The notes beneath the pieces are model-generated. The model was not told the origin of the DNA and searched no databases. It saw only the letters and a list, made by a program, of their open reading frames with translations. DNA of 64,000 nucleotides from an uncultured Verrucomicrobiota bacterium (lineage in GTDB: Bacteria; Verrucomicrobiota; Kiritimatiellia; CAIKKV01). The stretch spans positions 971 through 64,970 of the forward strand of contig CAZSUH010000004.1 of NCBI GenBank assembly GCA_964609905.1. The letters run 5' to 3'. Shown here piece after piece: positions 44,930 through 54,573 of the stretch. Both the position numbers and the translations under genes were made by a program. How positions within the stretch are numbered: position 1 is the stretch's first letter; every line of letters begins with the position of its first letter.

Positions 44930-45880
44930 ATGAATGGTTTATGGTCAGGCTGGATGGTCTGGCTGCGTCGGCCGGCCTTTTACAGCTTGGCGTTGCTGGC
45001 GGTCTTGTCCCTCTACCTCTACGGCTTCAACGGCAACACGGAGCAGACCGCCGTCTACGGCCGTTCCGCGATCCGGTGGATGGTCGCCCGCTGGTTTGGC
45101 GATGTGGCGGCCGATCTGTCCCACGGCTGGTTGATTCCCCTGGTCTCGCTGTATGCGGTCTGGCGGCGCCGGCATATCCTGGTCGAGGCAGCCGCTCAGC
45201 CCGACTGGCGCGGCCTGTTCCTGACGATCGCGTCTTTCGCGCTGTATTGGATCGGCGTGCAGGGGCAACAGACCCGGCTCACCCTCCTGTCCCTCATCCT
45301 GTTGCTCTGGAGCATCCCCTTTGCCTTTTGGGGCTGGCCCGCGGCGCGCCAGTTGGTGTTCCCGGCCGGTTATCTGATCTTCTGCGTGCCCCTCAGTTTT
45401 CTGGATTCGCTCACCTTTCCCCTGCGCCTGTTCGCCTCCACGCTCTCCACGGGTATTCTGAACGGGCTCGGCATCGCCACGTTTCGCACGGGCACCGCCA
45501 TCCATTCCGCGGTCGAGGGAGGCTTCAGTTTCGAAGTGGCCGATCCCTGCTCGGGGCTGCGTTCCGTGCTGGCCATGACCGCGCTCGCCGCCGCCTACGC
45601 GCATTTCTTCCAGCACGGCCGGCTCCGTCAATGGGCGCTCTTCCTGGCGGCCTTTCCCCTCGCCGTGGCCGGCAACATCGTCCGCATCGTCATGATCGGC
45701 GTGGTGGCTCAACAACTCGGCCAGCAGCACGCCACGGGCTTCTACCACAACTATTCCGGTTATGTTTTCTTCATCTCGGCCTCCGCCCTCATGGTGGGAG
45801 TGGCCGCGATGATCAACCGCGATTGGAAATCCACATGGGCAACGCTCCTTACCAGGCTCCGCGCTGGGCCCCCGGCCTGA
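44930..45880 (+). CDS. Exosortase (EpsH/Xrt family)
   Basis: Polytopic, with the catalytic-region motifs ...FEVADPCSGLRS... and ...AVAGNIVRI.... Confidence 0.82.
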   Translation: MNGLWSGWMVWLRRPAFYSLALLAVLSLYLYGFNGNTEQTAVYGRSAIRWMVARWFGDVAADLSHGWLIPLVSLYAVWRRRHILVEAAAQPDWRGLFLTIASFALYWIGVQGQQTRLTLLSLILLLWSIPFAFWGWPAARQLVFPAGYLIFCVPLSFLDSLTFPLRLFASTLSTGILNGLGIATFRTGTAIHSAVEGGFSFEVADPCSGLRSVLAMTALAAAYAHFFQHGRLRQWALFLAAFPLAVAGNIVRIVMIGVVAQQLGQQHATGFYHNYSGYVFFISASALMVGVAAMINRDWKSTWATLLTRLRAGPPA

Positions 45881-46599
45881 TCGTTCCGCTCCTCGCGGGA
45901 CTCATGGCCCTCTGGGTCCGGTTCGCGCCTCCGTCGCATACGGCGGGCGCCTCCCGCCTGCGGATGGACCTGCCCGCCGAACTCGGAGCTTTTTCCGGCC
46001 AGCGCTATCTGTATTGCCAGAACGAACAGTGCTTGAAAGCCATTCCCGTTCCGGAAGGCGCCACGATGAGCCGATGCCCCGTCTGCGCCGGTCCCCTGCA
46101 CCCCATGGCGCTGGGCGAACGCACCAGCCTGCCGGTCGATACTCAAATCGCGCGCCGCATCTATCACGGAGCCGGCCTCCAGTCCTACACGGTCACCATC
46201 GTGTTGGCCGGCGCCGATCCCCGCAGCATCCACCGGCCCCAACAGTGCCTGTCCGGCCAGGGCTACACCATCGATCGGGAGCAAGTCCGCACCCTCAGGC
46301 TCGCGCCCGACCGCACCCTCTCCCTGGCCGTTATCGATACCCGAAGAGGCTCCGATCCCCGCAACCGCTTCGGCTTCGCCTACTGGTTCGTGGGTCCAGA
46401 TCGCGAAACCCATTCCCACTGGGTCCGGCTGTTCCGAACCACCACGGACCGTCTCTTCCGCAACATCGTCTCGCGCTGGGCCTATGTCGCCATCACGTCC
46501 AGCGAACCTCTCGACAGCCCCGAAAGCCTGGACCGGTTGGCCGCCTTCATCCGGCTCCTCCTGCCCGCCATCGAATCCAACCCCGATTTCCACTCATGA
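45835..46599 (+). CDS. EpsI-family exosortase-associated protein with an inserted Cys4 zinc-ribbon
   Basis: N-terminal TM helix. ...IHRPQQCLSGQGYTI... is equivalent to the EpsI core. The insertion is YCQNEQC-x14-CPVC. The gene overlaps the exosortase 3' end by 46 nt. Confidence 0.7.
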   Translation: MGNAPYQAPRWAPGLIVPLLAGLMALWVRFAPPSHTAGASRLRMDLPAELGAFSGQRYLYCQNEQCLKAIPVPEGATMSRCPVCAGPLHPMALGERTSLPVDTQIARRIYHGAGLQSYTVTIVLAGADPRSIHRPQQCLSGQGYTIDREQVRTLRLAPDRTLSLAVIDTRRGSDPRNRFGFAYWFVGPDRETHSHWVRLFRTTTDRLFRNIVSRWAYVAITSSEPLDSPESLDRLAAFIRLLLPAIESNPDFHS

Positions 46600-47735
46600 G
46601 CGCACCCGTCGCTTTCGCTGTTTGCCGGTCATACGCCGATTCCGCCGCCGCCGTGCGCCGCGCTCTCGATGCGCTCGGTGGGCCGGCCCGGTTCTTCAAA
46701 CCCGGCTGCCGGGTGCTCATCAAGCCCAATCTCCTGACCGACGCCGAACCCGCACGCGCCGTCACCACACACCCGGAAATCGTTCGTGCCCTCATCCGCC
46801 TGGCCCGCGAGGCCGGCGCTTCGCCCTGCGTCGCGGATAGCCCGGCCGGCGCTTTGCGCGTTTCCGAAGTGTGGGAAAAAACCGGATTCCGGGCGCTTTG
46901 CGAACAGGAACACACCCCCCTGCTCAACCTTGAAAAAACCGACTCGGTCGCCTTCCTCTGCGACGGCGTCCGCTTCACGATCGCCAAGCCCGTTCTGGAA
47001 GCCGACCTTGTCGTGAATGCGCCCAAAGTTAAAACGCACTCCCTGACCCTGTTTACCGGCGCCATCAAAAACCTGTACGGAACGATTCCCGGCTTCCAAA
47101 AGGCCAATCTTCACACCGCGTTCCCAACGCCACAGGACATGGGCCGTCTGCTCGCCACGATCGCCGACACGATCCGGCCCGGCCTCTCCGTTGCCGACGG
47201 CGTGGTGGGCATGGACGGCAACGGCCCCTCCGCCGGCCATCCCATCCCCCTGGGATTCGTGGCTGCATCGCCCGATCCCGTGGCGCTGGATGCGGCCCTG
47301 TGCGGATGCCTCGGCATTCCCCTGAACCGGGTGTCCGGCTTCCGTCATGTCGAAAGAGCTCGCCATCAGGACATCGCGCTTCTCGGCGAGCCGCCTGCCC
47401 CGGGCGCCCTTCGCGTCCGCCTGCCCAACACGTGGAAATATCGCCTGATCATCCCCCGCCCTCTGGCGCGCGCGCTGAAACGGCTGATCTGGATCCGGCC
47501 CACGCTCGATCCCGCCCGTTGCACGCGTTGCGGCCGATGCGCCGCCGCCTGCCCGGCCAAGGCATTGGAATACCCGGGCAAGCAGATCCCCCGCCTGATC
47601 GGTCCGCGCTGCATCGGTTGCTGCTGCTGCCACGAACTCTGCCCCGTTAACGCCATCCGTATGACGGAAAGCCCGCTTATGCGGTTGGTCACCAAGGGAA
47701 ATCTGACCGCCCTCGCGAAACAGAATCCCACATGA
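46596..47735 (+). CDS. DUF362-domain protein with a C-terminal 2x[4Fe-4S] ferredoxin domain
   Basis: ...VLIKPNLL...THPEIVRALI...VNAPKVKTHS...GMDGNGP...CTRCGRCAAACP...CIGCCCCHELCP. ATGA overlap with epsI. Confidence 0.75.
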   Translation: MSAPVAFAVCRSYADSAAAVRRALDALGGPARFFKPGCRVLIKPNLLTDAEPARAVTTHPEIVRALIRLAREAGASPCVADSPAGALRVSEVWEKTGFRALCEQEHTPLLNLEKTDSVAFLCDGVRFTIAKPVLEADLVVNAPKVKTHSLTLFTGAIKNLYGTIPGFQKANLHTAFPTPQDMGRLLATIADTIRPGLSVADGVVGMDGNGPSAGHPIPLGFVAASPDPVALDAALCGCLGIPLNRVSGFRHVERARHQDIALLGEPPAPGALRVRLPNTWKYRLIIPRPLARALKRLIWIRPTLDPARCTRCGRCAAACPAKALEYPGKQIPRLIGPRCIGCCCCHELCPVNAIRMTESPLMRLVTKGNLTALAKQNPT

Positions 47736-48664
47736 GCATCCGCTTCAAACACCGCCTCGAATTCGCCGCGCTTCTCGCCGTCAAGGCGATCGCAAGCCGT
47801 TTGCCCTACCGCGCCGCGCTCGGCCTCGGCTGGCTCCTGGCCGTTCTGGGCTTTTCCCTCTTTCGCTACCGACGTGCCGAGGCGGTCCGACGCATCCGGA
47901 AGGTGTTCGGAGAATCCTGCGCGCGGGACCGAGCCGAGCGGATTGCCTGGGCCGCCTTTCGAAATTTCTGTTTCACGGCCATCGAATCCATGCGCGGCAA
48001 CCAAATCACCCCCGCCTGGGTGGCCCGTCATGTCTCCGATGAACATGTGTTCGCGGTGTTGGCCGCGCGGAGTCGCGACCAGGGCGGCGCCGTTTTCGCC
48101 CTGCCCCACATGGGATCCTGGGAACTCGCGGGATCCGCCTGCCAAGCGATGGGCATTCCCCTTTTCTCGATTGCCGCCCGGCAGAAAAATCCGCTTTTTA
48201 CCGACTACCTGAATCGGCAGCGCGATGGGTCGGGAATCGAAATCCTGGTGCGAGGCGAAATCTCGTTCAAAACCGTGCTGCGTAATATCCAGTCCGGCAA
48301 ATATTTCGCCATCCTCCCGGATGTGCGTTGCCCGACACCCGCCTTGGCCGTGCCGTTCCTCGGGGGCATCGCCAATATCGCGGCGGGCATGGCCCTTTTC
48401 GCCCGTCAGAGCCAGGCGCCCATCTTCCCCTGTATCCTGCTCCGGCACGGCTGGACACGCCATACCTTCAAACTGTTCGATCCGATCACGCCCGATCACG
48501 CCCGCCCGCGCGACGAGGAACTGCTCCGGATGACCCGCGCCGTCTTCGCCTGTTTCGACAAGGCTATCCGGGAGTATCCCGACCAGTGGTTCTGGTTCAA
48601 CAAACGCTGGATTCTGGACCCCGTGGAGCCGCCCGCCGCGTCTATTTCCCGCCCCCCTCCATGA
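47732..48664 (+). CDS. LpxL/HtrB-family (lysophospholipid/lipid A) acyltransferase
   Basis: ...VFALPHMGSWELAG... (HX4E/D-type motif)...YFAILPDV...FLGGIANIAAGMALFA. ATGA overlap with the DUF362 gene. Confidence 0.75.
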   Translation: MSIRFKHRLEFAALLAVKAIASRLPYRAALGLGWLLAVLGFSLFRYRRAEAVRRIRKVFGESCARDRAERIAWAAFRNFCFTAIESMRGNQITPAWVARHVSDEHVFAVLAARSRDQGGAVFALPHMGSWELAGSACQAMGIPLFSIAARQKNPLFTDYLNRQRDGSGIEILVRGEISFKTVLRNIQSGKYFAILPDVRCPTPALAVPFLGGIANIAAGMALFARQSQAPIFPCILLRHGWTRHTFKLFDPITPDHARPRDEELLRMTRAVFACFDKAIREYPDQWFWFNKRWILDPVEPPAASISRPPP

Positions 48665-50249
48665 CCTGCCGTTCCAGCATCGCGTAACGCGGCAGCAACT
48701 CCGTATAAATCCGGTGCGCCGCAAGATCGGGCTCCAGGGACTTCTTCATCCCGGATGGCGCCCGCCACACCTCGGCATACGGCACAAAGGCCCCCGCGCG
48801 ACCGCAACGCCAGCCGTGCAGGGCCCGGCAGGCGGCGCCTAGGGCGGCCGAATTCGGCGCCTCCCCCGTCAAGACCGGCACGCCGAACACATCCGCGATC
48901 ACGCGCAACACCGCCGGATCTACCGACGCCCCGCCCGTGGCCAAAATGCCGGCCGGCTGAATGCCCACGGCCGCCGCATGCAACCGCATTGAAAGGAATT
49001 GGCCCTCCAGCACGGCGCGCGCCTCCACGTCCGGTGGAAATGACGACACCGGCGACCCCTCCGGGCCAAATCGGAACGTGCCGGTCCGCAGGATGGGAGG
49101 CGTAATCTCCGGTTCCCGGATGTAGAAACCCAGGTTCCCGCCATTACCGGGTCGCGACTGCGCCACCCGCGCGCCAAATGCCCGCCAGTTCCCGGCCTTT
49201 ATTTCTCGACGCACCGCATCCCGCGTGAGGGAGCCATTCTTGAAACAGATCAGCGCCATGTAGCCGTCGGGATCCACGGGATTCACGAACACGTGCCCCT
49301 CACGCCCGGACGGTTTCGGCGCCTTCAACGCCCCGAACACCGTGTCGCTCGTGCCCAGGCTGATCGCAATGTCGCCCGGCTTTCTCAAGCCCAGCCCCGC
49401 CAGACTGCACGGATTGTCGCCCGACGCCGCGACCACCTGGCACGCCGCGGTAAACCCGTAATCCTGGCGCAAGGCCGGCGCCAACCGCCCCACGAGCGTG
49501 TGCGAGGCCACCGGCGCTCCCAACCGTGCCGCCAGTTCCGGTGCCGTCACCTCCAGCGATTTCGCATCCCAGGCATGCCCCCGGATATCCAGCAGGTTCA
49601 TGCCGGAGCCGTCACTCCAGTCAATCGGCGCGTAATCGCCGGTCAACAGGCTGGCGGCAAAGGAACTGACCAGGCTGATCCGCTCGGTGGCCGCATAGGC
49701 CACCGGCTGGCATCGCGCAATCCTGGCGATCTGGTTGCCGGTGAACCGTTCGTAGGCGCGCGAGCCCGTGATGTCCGCCACGGCCTGCGGCCCCCCGAGC
49801 GCCACCTCACGGGCCCGGCACTCGGCGGTCGTGCTGGAGTCCATCCAGACCGGCGACGCCGCCACCGCAAAGGCGCCGGCCAACTGGTCCTGCAGCAACT
49901 GACCCGCTTTCAAACCCTTCAGTCGTCGGCGCGCGCCTTTCTTCCAGTACACGCTGCCATGTTGTTGCCCGGAAACGGACACCGCCGACACCCTGGCAAA
50001 GGGAAACCGATCCGCCTTCATACGGGACAGCAGCAAATCGAGCGCCGCCACCCACAGAAGCGGAGGCGCCGTGACGGTCAACCCGTCCGCCCCCTTGTGT
50101 ACCCCCCCCCGGGTCTCGAACGCCGGAAGCTCGGCATCGAAATTGACGTTCCGCTCGACCGCAACCCGCAGCGTCTCGTCCACCGCCAGGGCCTTGATCC
50201 CCTGCGTGCTGAAATCCAATCCCAAAAACAAACGCGCCTCTTTCGCCAT
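48642..50249 (-). CDS. xylB: Xylulokinase, eukaryote-like FGGY family
   Basis: LFLGLDFSTQGIKALAVDE...ELPAFETRGGVHKGADGLTVTAPPLLWVAALDLLL...VSVSGQQHGSVYW closely parallels animal/fungal XYLB. The start was moved to the ATG at 50249. The 3' end overlaps the acyltransferase convergently by 23 nt. Confidence 0.85.
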   Translation of the reverse strand: MAKEARLFLGLDFSTQGIKALAVDETLRVAVERNVNFDAELPAFETRGGVHKGADGLTVTAPPLLWVAALDLLLSRMKADRFPFARVSAVSVSGQQHGSVYWKKGARRRLKGLKAGQLLQDQLAGAFAVAASPVWMDSSTTAECRAREVALGGPQAVADITGSRAYERFTGNQIARIARCQPVAYAATERISLVSSFAASLLTGDYAPIDWSDGSGMNLLDIRGHAWDAKSLEVTAPELAARLGAPVASHTLVGRLAPALRQDYGFTAACQVVAASGDNPCSLAGLGLRKPGDIAISLGTSDTVFGALKAPKPSGREGHVFVNPVDPDGYMALICFKNGSLTRDAVRREIKAGNWRAFGARVAQSRPGNGGNLGFYIREPEITPPILRTGTFRFGPEGSPVSSFPPDVEARAVLEGQFLSMRLHAAAVGIQPAGILATGGASVDPAVLRVIADVFGVPVLTGEAPNSAALGAACRALHGWRCGRAGAFVPYAEVWRAPSGMKKSLEPDLAAHRIYTELLPRYAMLERQVMEGGGK

Positions 50250-50287
50250 AGCGATGCTTCCCGGCCGCGCCAAATCCTTCCGCGCGA

Positions 50288-52003
50288 TCAGCGTAACAAC
50301 CACTCCTGCGCCCGCAACTCCTTGGAAGAGGCGAACGACCACTCCTCCCGGCCGGCCTTCAACACGGCCCGTGACGGCTCCACGATCAGGCGCATCGGCT
50401 CGTCCGGCTTGCGCGCCGCCCACAGGTTCGCCAGGAGCAGCGCCTTCTCCACTCCATCGCCCCGCCGGAAATTCCAGACCTCGTCCGGTTGGGCCAACCG
50501 GCCGGTCCCGTCATAAATGGACTCCTCGGCAAGCCCCTGAACCGTCTGGACCAGTCCCCCATCGCACAGGTCGCGGGCCATCCCGACGGAAACCGGGTTG
50601 CGTTCCATCGCCGCTTTCACGAACGGCGCCGCCTCGGTCCGGTTCAAATCCCGGTAGGCGTAAAACGCCATGTCCGCTATACTGTTTTTCCCGCGCAGGC
50701 TGTCCAGCCGCTCCAGCACCTCTTCCCGCCGCATCGCGCCGGTCAGATCGAGCGGAGTTTCGGACGGTAGAAATATTTTCTCGGCTTCGACGGGAAGCCG
50801 CGGTTCGATGCAACAAAACCGAATCAGCGCTTCGATGGCCGTCTGCGCGTTCAGACAGTTGCACGAAAACTGTGTCCGCAGGTTCTCCACATCCCCGGGA
50901 TCGGACAGGTCGATCTCGCGGCTCTTGGCAAAGGACTCCAGTTCATTCAGCACAATCCGGTCGGGCAGGGGCGAGGGTTGGAACAACTCGGCGTCCACTT
51001 CCGCCATCAGTTTCTCTCGGGTTTGATCCGTGAACGAATAGCTGCTCCCCTGCTCATACGGGAACACCGCTTCAACCCCGATATAGCGGTCCGCACCCCG
51101 GATCGGCCACCGGAGTTGGAAACATTTCTGGAAGTCCCGGACATGCCGCAGAAAGTTTCCCAGCAGTTCGGATCCGAACGGCGCCCTCAAAAACGAGGCC
51201 AGCCGACCCTGGAACCGCGCATATGCCCCGCGATCGATCGTCGCCTCGCGGTAAAGCGTGTGGACATAGCCGCTCTCATGGCAGACAATCGTGACCCGCT
51301 CATTCTCGAGCGCACGCCGCGCCTGAGCGGACAACGCCGTGCCGTTGAACCACATGGTCTTGGTCACCAGCCGCCGGTTGTTGGTGAGAATGCCGTCGTC
51401 CACATCGATGAAATTCTGCGAGTGCAACGGCGTGGCCATCAGGTAAAGGTCCCGCAACGGAATCTCGGCCACCAGGAACAGCGCGGCGGCATACAGCCCC
51501 GCCAGCGAAACGCACTCCCCCGCCCCGGTGACGTACCCGGGCTTATGCCGGAAGGCGTCCATCGCCTCAACCGTCTCCGTCTTCCAATACGGAATGACGT
51601 CGCCCCCGTATTTGTCGAGCCCGAAATGGGTCCGGATATCGATGTCGAAGTAATACTTGTCGCCCTCATACCCGAACAGGGCGTTGGATTGGCGCAGCGC
51701 GTCCTCGTCCAGAAAGCCGCGAAATCGAGCCAGTTCCCGCTCCTTGGTGGTCAACCCCCAGGTGTCCAGGTCCAGGTTGAACGTGTAGTGGTCCATGATG
51801 TACTGCTTGAGCCGCGAAATGCGGCGATAGACCTTTTTTTCCCGCTTCGCAAACCAGGCGTCCTCCCGCCACTTCCAGATGCGGGGGGACAGAATGTTGG
51901 CGAGCACCAGCGCGTACATCAGGTCCGGAAACAAAAACAGCTCCATGTCCGACAACGTGACGGCGGACGATTTCTTCTCGAGCAGCCAGGCGTCATGATT
52001 CAT
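50288..52003 (-). CDS. Hypothetical protein (571 aa), possible transglutaminase-like Cys/His/Asp core
   Basis: MNHDAWLLEKK...GYVTGAGECVSLAGLYAAALFLVAEIP...ATPLHSQNFIDVDDG.... Composition is normal. The start was moved to the ATG at 52003. The functional guess rests on a local motif only. Confidence 0.7.
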   Translation of the reverse strand: MNHDAWLLEKKSSAVTLSDMELFLFPDLMYALVLANILSPRIWKWREDAWFAKREKKVYRRISRLKQYIMDHYTFNLDLDTWGLTTKERELARFRGFLDEDALRQSNALFGYEGDKYYFDIDIRTHFGLDKYGGDVIPYWKTETVEAMDAFRHKPGYVTGAGECVSLAGLYAAALFLVAEIPLRDLYLMATPLHSQNFIDVDDGILTNNRRLVTKTMWFNGTALSAQARRALENERVTIVCHESGYVHTLYREATIDRGAYARFQGRLASFLRAPFGSELLGNFLRHVRDFQKCFQLRWPIRGADRYIGVEAVFPYEQGSSYSFTDQTREKLMAEVDAELFQPSPLPDRIVLNELESFAKSREIDLSDPGDVENLRTQFSCNCLNAQTAIEALIRFCCIEPRLPVEAEKIFLPSETPLDLTGAMRREEVLERLDSLRGKNSIADMAFYAYRDLNRTEAAPFVKAAMERNPVSVGMARDLCDGGLVQTVQGLAEESIYDGTGRLAQPDEVWNFRRGDGVEKALLLANLWAARKPDEPMRLIVEPSRAVLKAGREEWSFASSKELRAQEWLLR

Positions 52004-52070
52004 ACGGGCATAGTACGCGGATCGCGCCCCAGCCGCAATGGGAATTGGCGGGCCGGGATGAGCGTTTCGA

Positions 52071-52913
52071 TCAGCGGCCCGAGAGGGTGAAATAGGCGTT
52101 AAAACAGATTTCGCCCCCGGTTTGCTCCAGGAACTGCCGTTCCGGCGACACATAACCGGCCTCCTCGAGCAGCGTGAATACGTCCACCGGTCTTTTCCCA
52201 AAGAAGTTCAACGTATACGGATTGATCTCGATCATCAGTCCGGCGAAGGCGTGAGCGTGGAGCGTCCTCCGCATTCCCCTCAGAACGTGGCACTCGAATC
52301 CCTCCACGTCAATTTTGGCAATCCAGGTTGGGGCGAATGGCAGCCGCAATCCGGCGCGGGCCAGCCAGTCATCGAAAGTCACAACGGGCACATCGACGGT
52401 CTGCCCCTTCAGCTCCGGATGATTGCCCAAGGTGGAATGGCCGGTGTCGTCGCCGCCGGTATGCAACCCCCGGGTGGTCTCGTCATCGCCCAGTGCGCAT
52501 CCGGCCACGGAAAAACGACGCTCCAAACCATTTCTCCTCCGAGCCCTCTCCATGCGCGCCGCATTTTCGGGAAGCGGATCGAACGCATACACATCAACCG
52601 GCTTCTTTTGGGTCAACATCCAGTAGGAGAAGAAACCGTAATTGGCGCCGATGTCGAAAAAAACGGAACCCTCCCGGATCCAGCCTGCCAGAATCCGTGC
52701 GGCGGGATGCTCGAATCGCACCCCCTGCCAATAGGTGACTTTTTGAGTGGCGTCGCGCAGGTTCAGGTCGACACGCAAACAGGGAAAGAGTTCGACTTCC
52801 TGCTCGGCCGGCGCGCTTCGATAAAAGGCGTCAAATGCGCGCCTTCCCAAGGGTGGAAAGCGGTAGCCCATCCACGCGCGCAGGCGATCCGCCAATTGCC
52901 ATCGTGTCAGCAT
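52071..52913 (-). CDS. FkbM-family methyltransferase
   Basis: ...VFFDIGANYGFFSYW...VYAFDPLPEN...AKIDVEGFECHVLRGM. The start was moved to the ATG at 52913. Confidence 0.8.
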   Translation of the reverse strand: MLTRWQLADRLRAWMGYRFPPLGRRAFDAFYRSAPAEQEVELFPCLRVDLNLRDATQKVTYWQGVRFEHPAARILAGWIREGSVFFDIGANYGFFSYWMLTQKKPVDVYAFDPLPENAARMERARRRNGLERRFSVAGCALGDDETTRGLHTGGDDTGHSTLGNHPELKGQTVDVPVVTFDDWLARAGLRLPFAPTWIAKIDVEGFECHVLRGMRRTLHAHAFAGLMIEINPYTLNFFGKRPVDVFTLLEEAGYVSPERQFLEQTGGEICFNAYFTLSGR

Positions 52914-53101
52914 GATCGTCCCCCGTCCGTGAGACTGGTTTTTCGTAAAATAGGCCAACTGATTCGCTTTGTCCACCTCCGTTTTCCGATTGATTTGACA
53001 GATCGCGCCCGACACGGCCCATGGCCTCGAATGCCCTGGCCGCGGAAGGATTGCTTTTCGAAAAAGGGCCTGCTATTCTGGCGGAACAAGAGGAGGCATT
53101 T

Positions 53102-53974
53102 ATGCGCATTCCCCGATTCTGGGTCAAGGCCACCTGCACCGAGGCCTCCCATGACGGCAAGCCGCTCCGCTTCCAGGCCTGGGGCTGGTCCCACGAAAGT
53201 CCGGAAGCCGCCGCCGCCATGGGGCAGGACAGGGCGAGGCAACTCATGGAACGCTATCAAAAGGCCGATTCAAGCCGCCCTCATTCGGAATACGACTACC
53301 TGGACCAGCCCCTGCGCGAAGAGATCGTGGACGAAATCGGACCGGCTGGCGAATCAATCGCCGTCATCACCCGCAACCGTTACGGTTCGCTCATCCTCAA
53401 CGCGTCGTCCGTCCTGTTCGCGGATATCGATTTCCCCCCGCCGCGTTCCCGCGGATTGCTCGATGCCATTCGCCTCTCTTTTTCCGCCGCGCATCGCGCC
53501 GACCGGGTCGAAGAGGCCCGCCAAGCCACCCTGACAACCGTCAAAGGCTGGATCAGCCGCCATCCCGAACGCCCGGTCCGCCTGTACCGCACCGCAGCCG
53601 GACTGCGCCTGCTCTTCACGGATAAAACCTACGACCCCGCATCCCCCCAAACGCTTCAGTTTCTTCAGGAACTGGGAAGCGACCCGCTCTACATCCGCCT
53701 GACACTCAAGCAGGAATCCTTCCGCGCGCGGTTGACGCCCAAACCCTGGCGCTGCGGCGCACCCCGCTATCCCGTCCGATTTCCCTTCCAGAATGAGAGC
53801 GACACCGAAACGGCCCGTCACTGGAAGGAGCAATACGCTCGGCTCTCCGCCTCCTGCCGCGTCTGCGATCTCGTGTCCGTCTCCGGGCGGGACTCCGCCG
53901 ACCCGACCATCCAGACCACGGTCGAGCTCCACGATCGCTACGCCTGCAATCCCAAGGCCGGCAAGCTGGCGTGA
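53102..53974 (+). CDS. Hypothetical protein (290 aa)
   Basis: MRIPRFWVKATCTEASHDGKPLRFQAWGWS...VLFADIDFPPP...LYRTAAGLRLLFTD.... No family was recognised. The start was moved to the ATG at 53102. Confidence 0.65.
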   Translation: MRIPRFWVKATCTEASHDGKPLRFQAWGWSHESPEAAAAMGQDRARQLMERYQKADSSRPHSEYDYLDQPLREEIVDEIGPAGESIAVITRNRYGSLILNASSVLFADIDFPPPRSRGLLDAIRLSFSAAHRADRVEEARQATLTTVKGWISRHPERPVRLYRTAAGLRLLFTDKTYDPASPQTLQFLQELGSDPLYIRLTLKQESFRARLTPKPWRCGAPRYPVRFPFQNESDTETARHWKEQYARLSASCRVCDLVSVSGRDSADPTIQTTVELHDRYACNPKAGKLA

Positions 53975-53984
53975 GCCGTTTTAT

Positions 53985-54563
53985 TCACTTCCAGCAGCCG
54001 CTGGCCGTGGTTTCCTGAACGGGTATCGGGGACCGGTTGTCCCCCGGCTCGGGCGCCGTTTTGGCGTTTCTGAAGCCCAGGGCCAGCGTCACCGCCACCA
54101 GAAGCGCGCAGGCGCCGATCAACCCCGTCAGCCGGGCAACGTGTCCTTCCGGTTCGGGCGGATCGGCCTCGACTTCCATTCGGGCAAGGGGCGCATCCGG
54201 CTCCAACAGGCATTTCAGAATACAAGCGCCGACCGCCACGTAGGATCCGTCCCGCAACTCGTTCTCCGCCCCCAGCAACCCCTCGTCCACCCCTTCCGCC
54301 GAGGGCGCAACTGGAACGGATTTCGAAACCAGATCGCCCCCCCGCACCCGGTGCAGCCGGGTCCCGTTCCGGCTGCCCAGGTCCACCACGTAATACCGGC
54401 TGTCCCGCCGGACGATCTCCGCATGCAGGCGCGAGACACCGTCATGCGCGACCGAAACTTCCGCATCGCACCGGTTGCCGATCAGGGCCGGAAATCGCTT
54501 CACCCGGAACACCCGGCTGGCCGCCGAATCCGTCACATCCACCACGACCAGGTTCATGGTCAA
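53985..54563 (-). CDS. FHA-domain protein with a C-terminal TM segment
   Basis: FPALIGNRCDAEVSVAHDGVSRLHAEIVRRDSRYYVVDLGSRNGTRL (FHA core), followed by LTGLIGACALLVAVTLALGF (TM). Confidence 0.85.
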   Translation of the reverse strand: MTMNLVVVDVTDSAASRVFRVKRFPALIGNRCDAEVSVAHDGVSRLHAEIVRRDSRYYVVDLGSRNGTRLHRVRGGDLVSKSVPVAPSAEGVDEGLLGAENELRDGSYVAVGACILKCLLEPDAPLARMEVEADPPEPEGHVARLTGLIGACALLVAVTLALGFRNAKTAPEPGDNRSPIPVQETTASGCWK

Positions 54564-54573
54564 CTCCTCTGTC

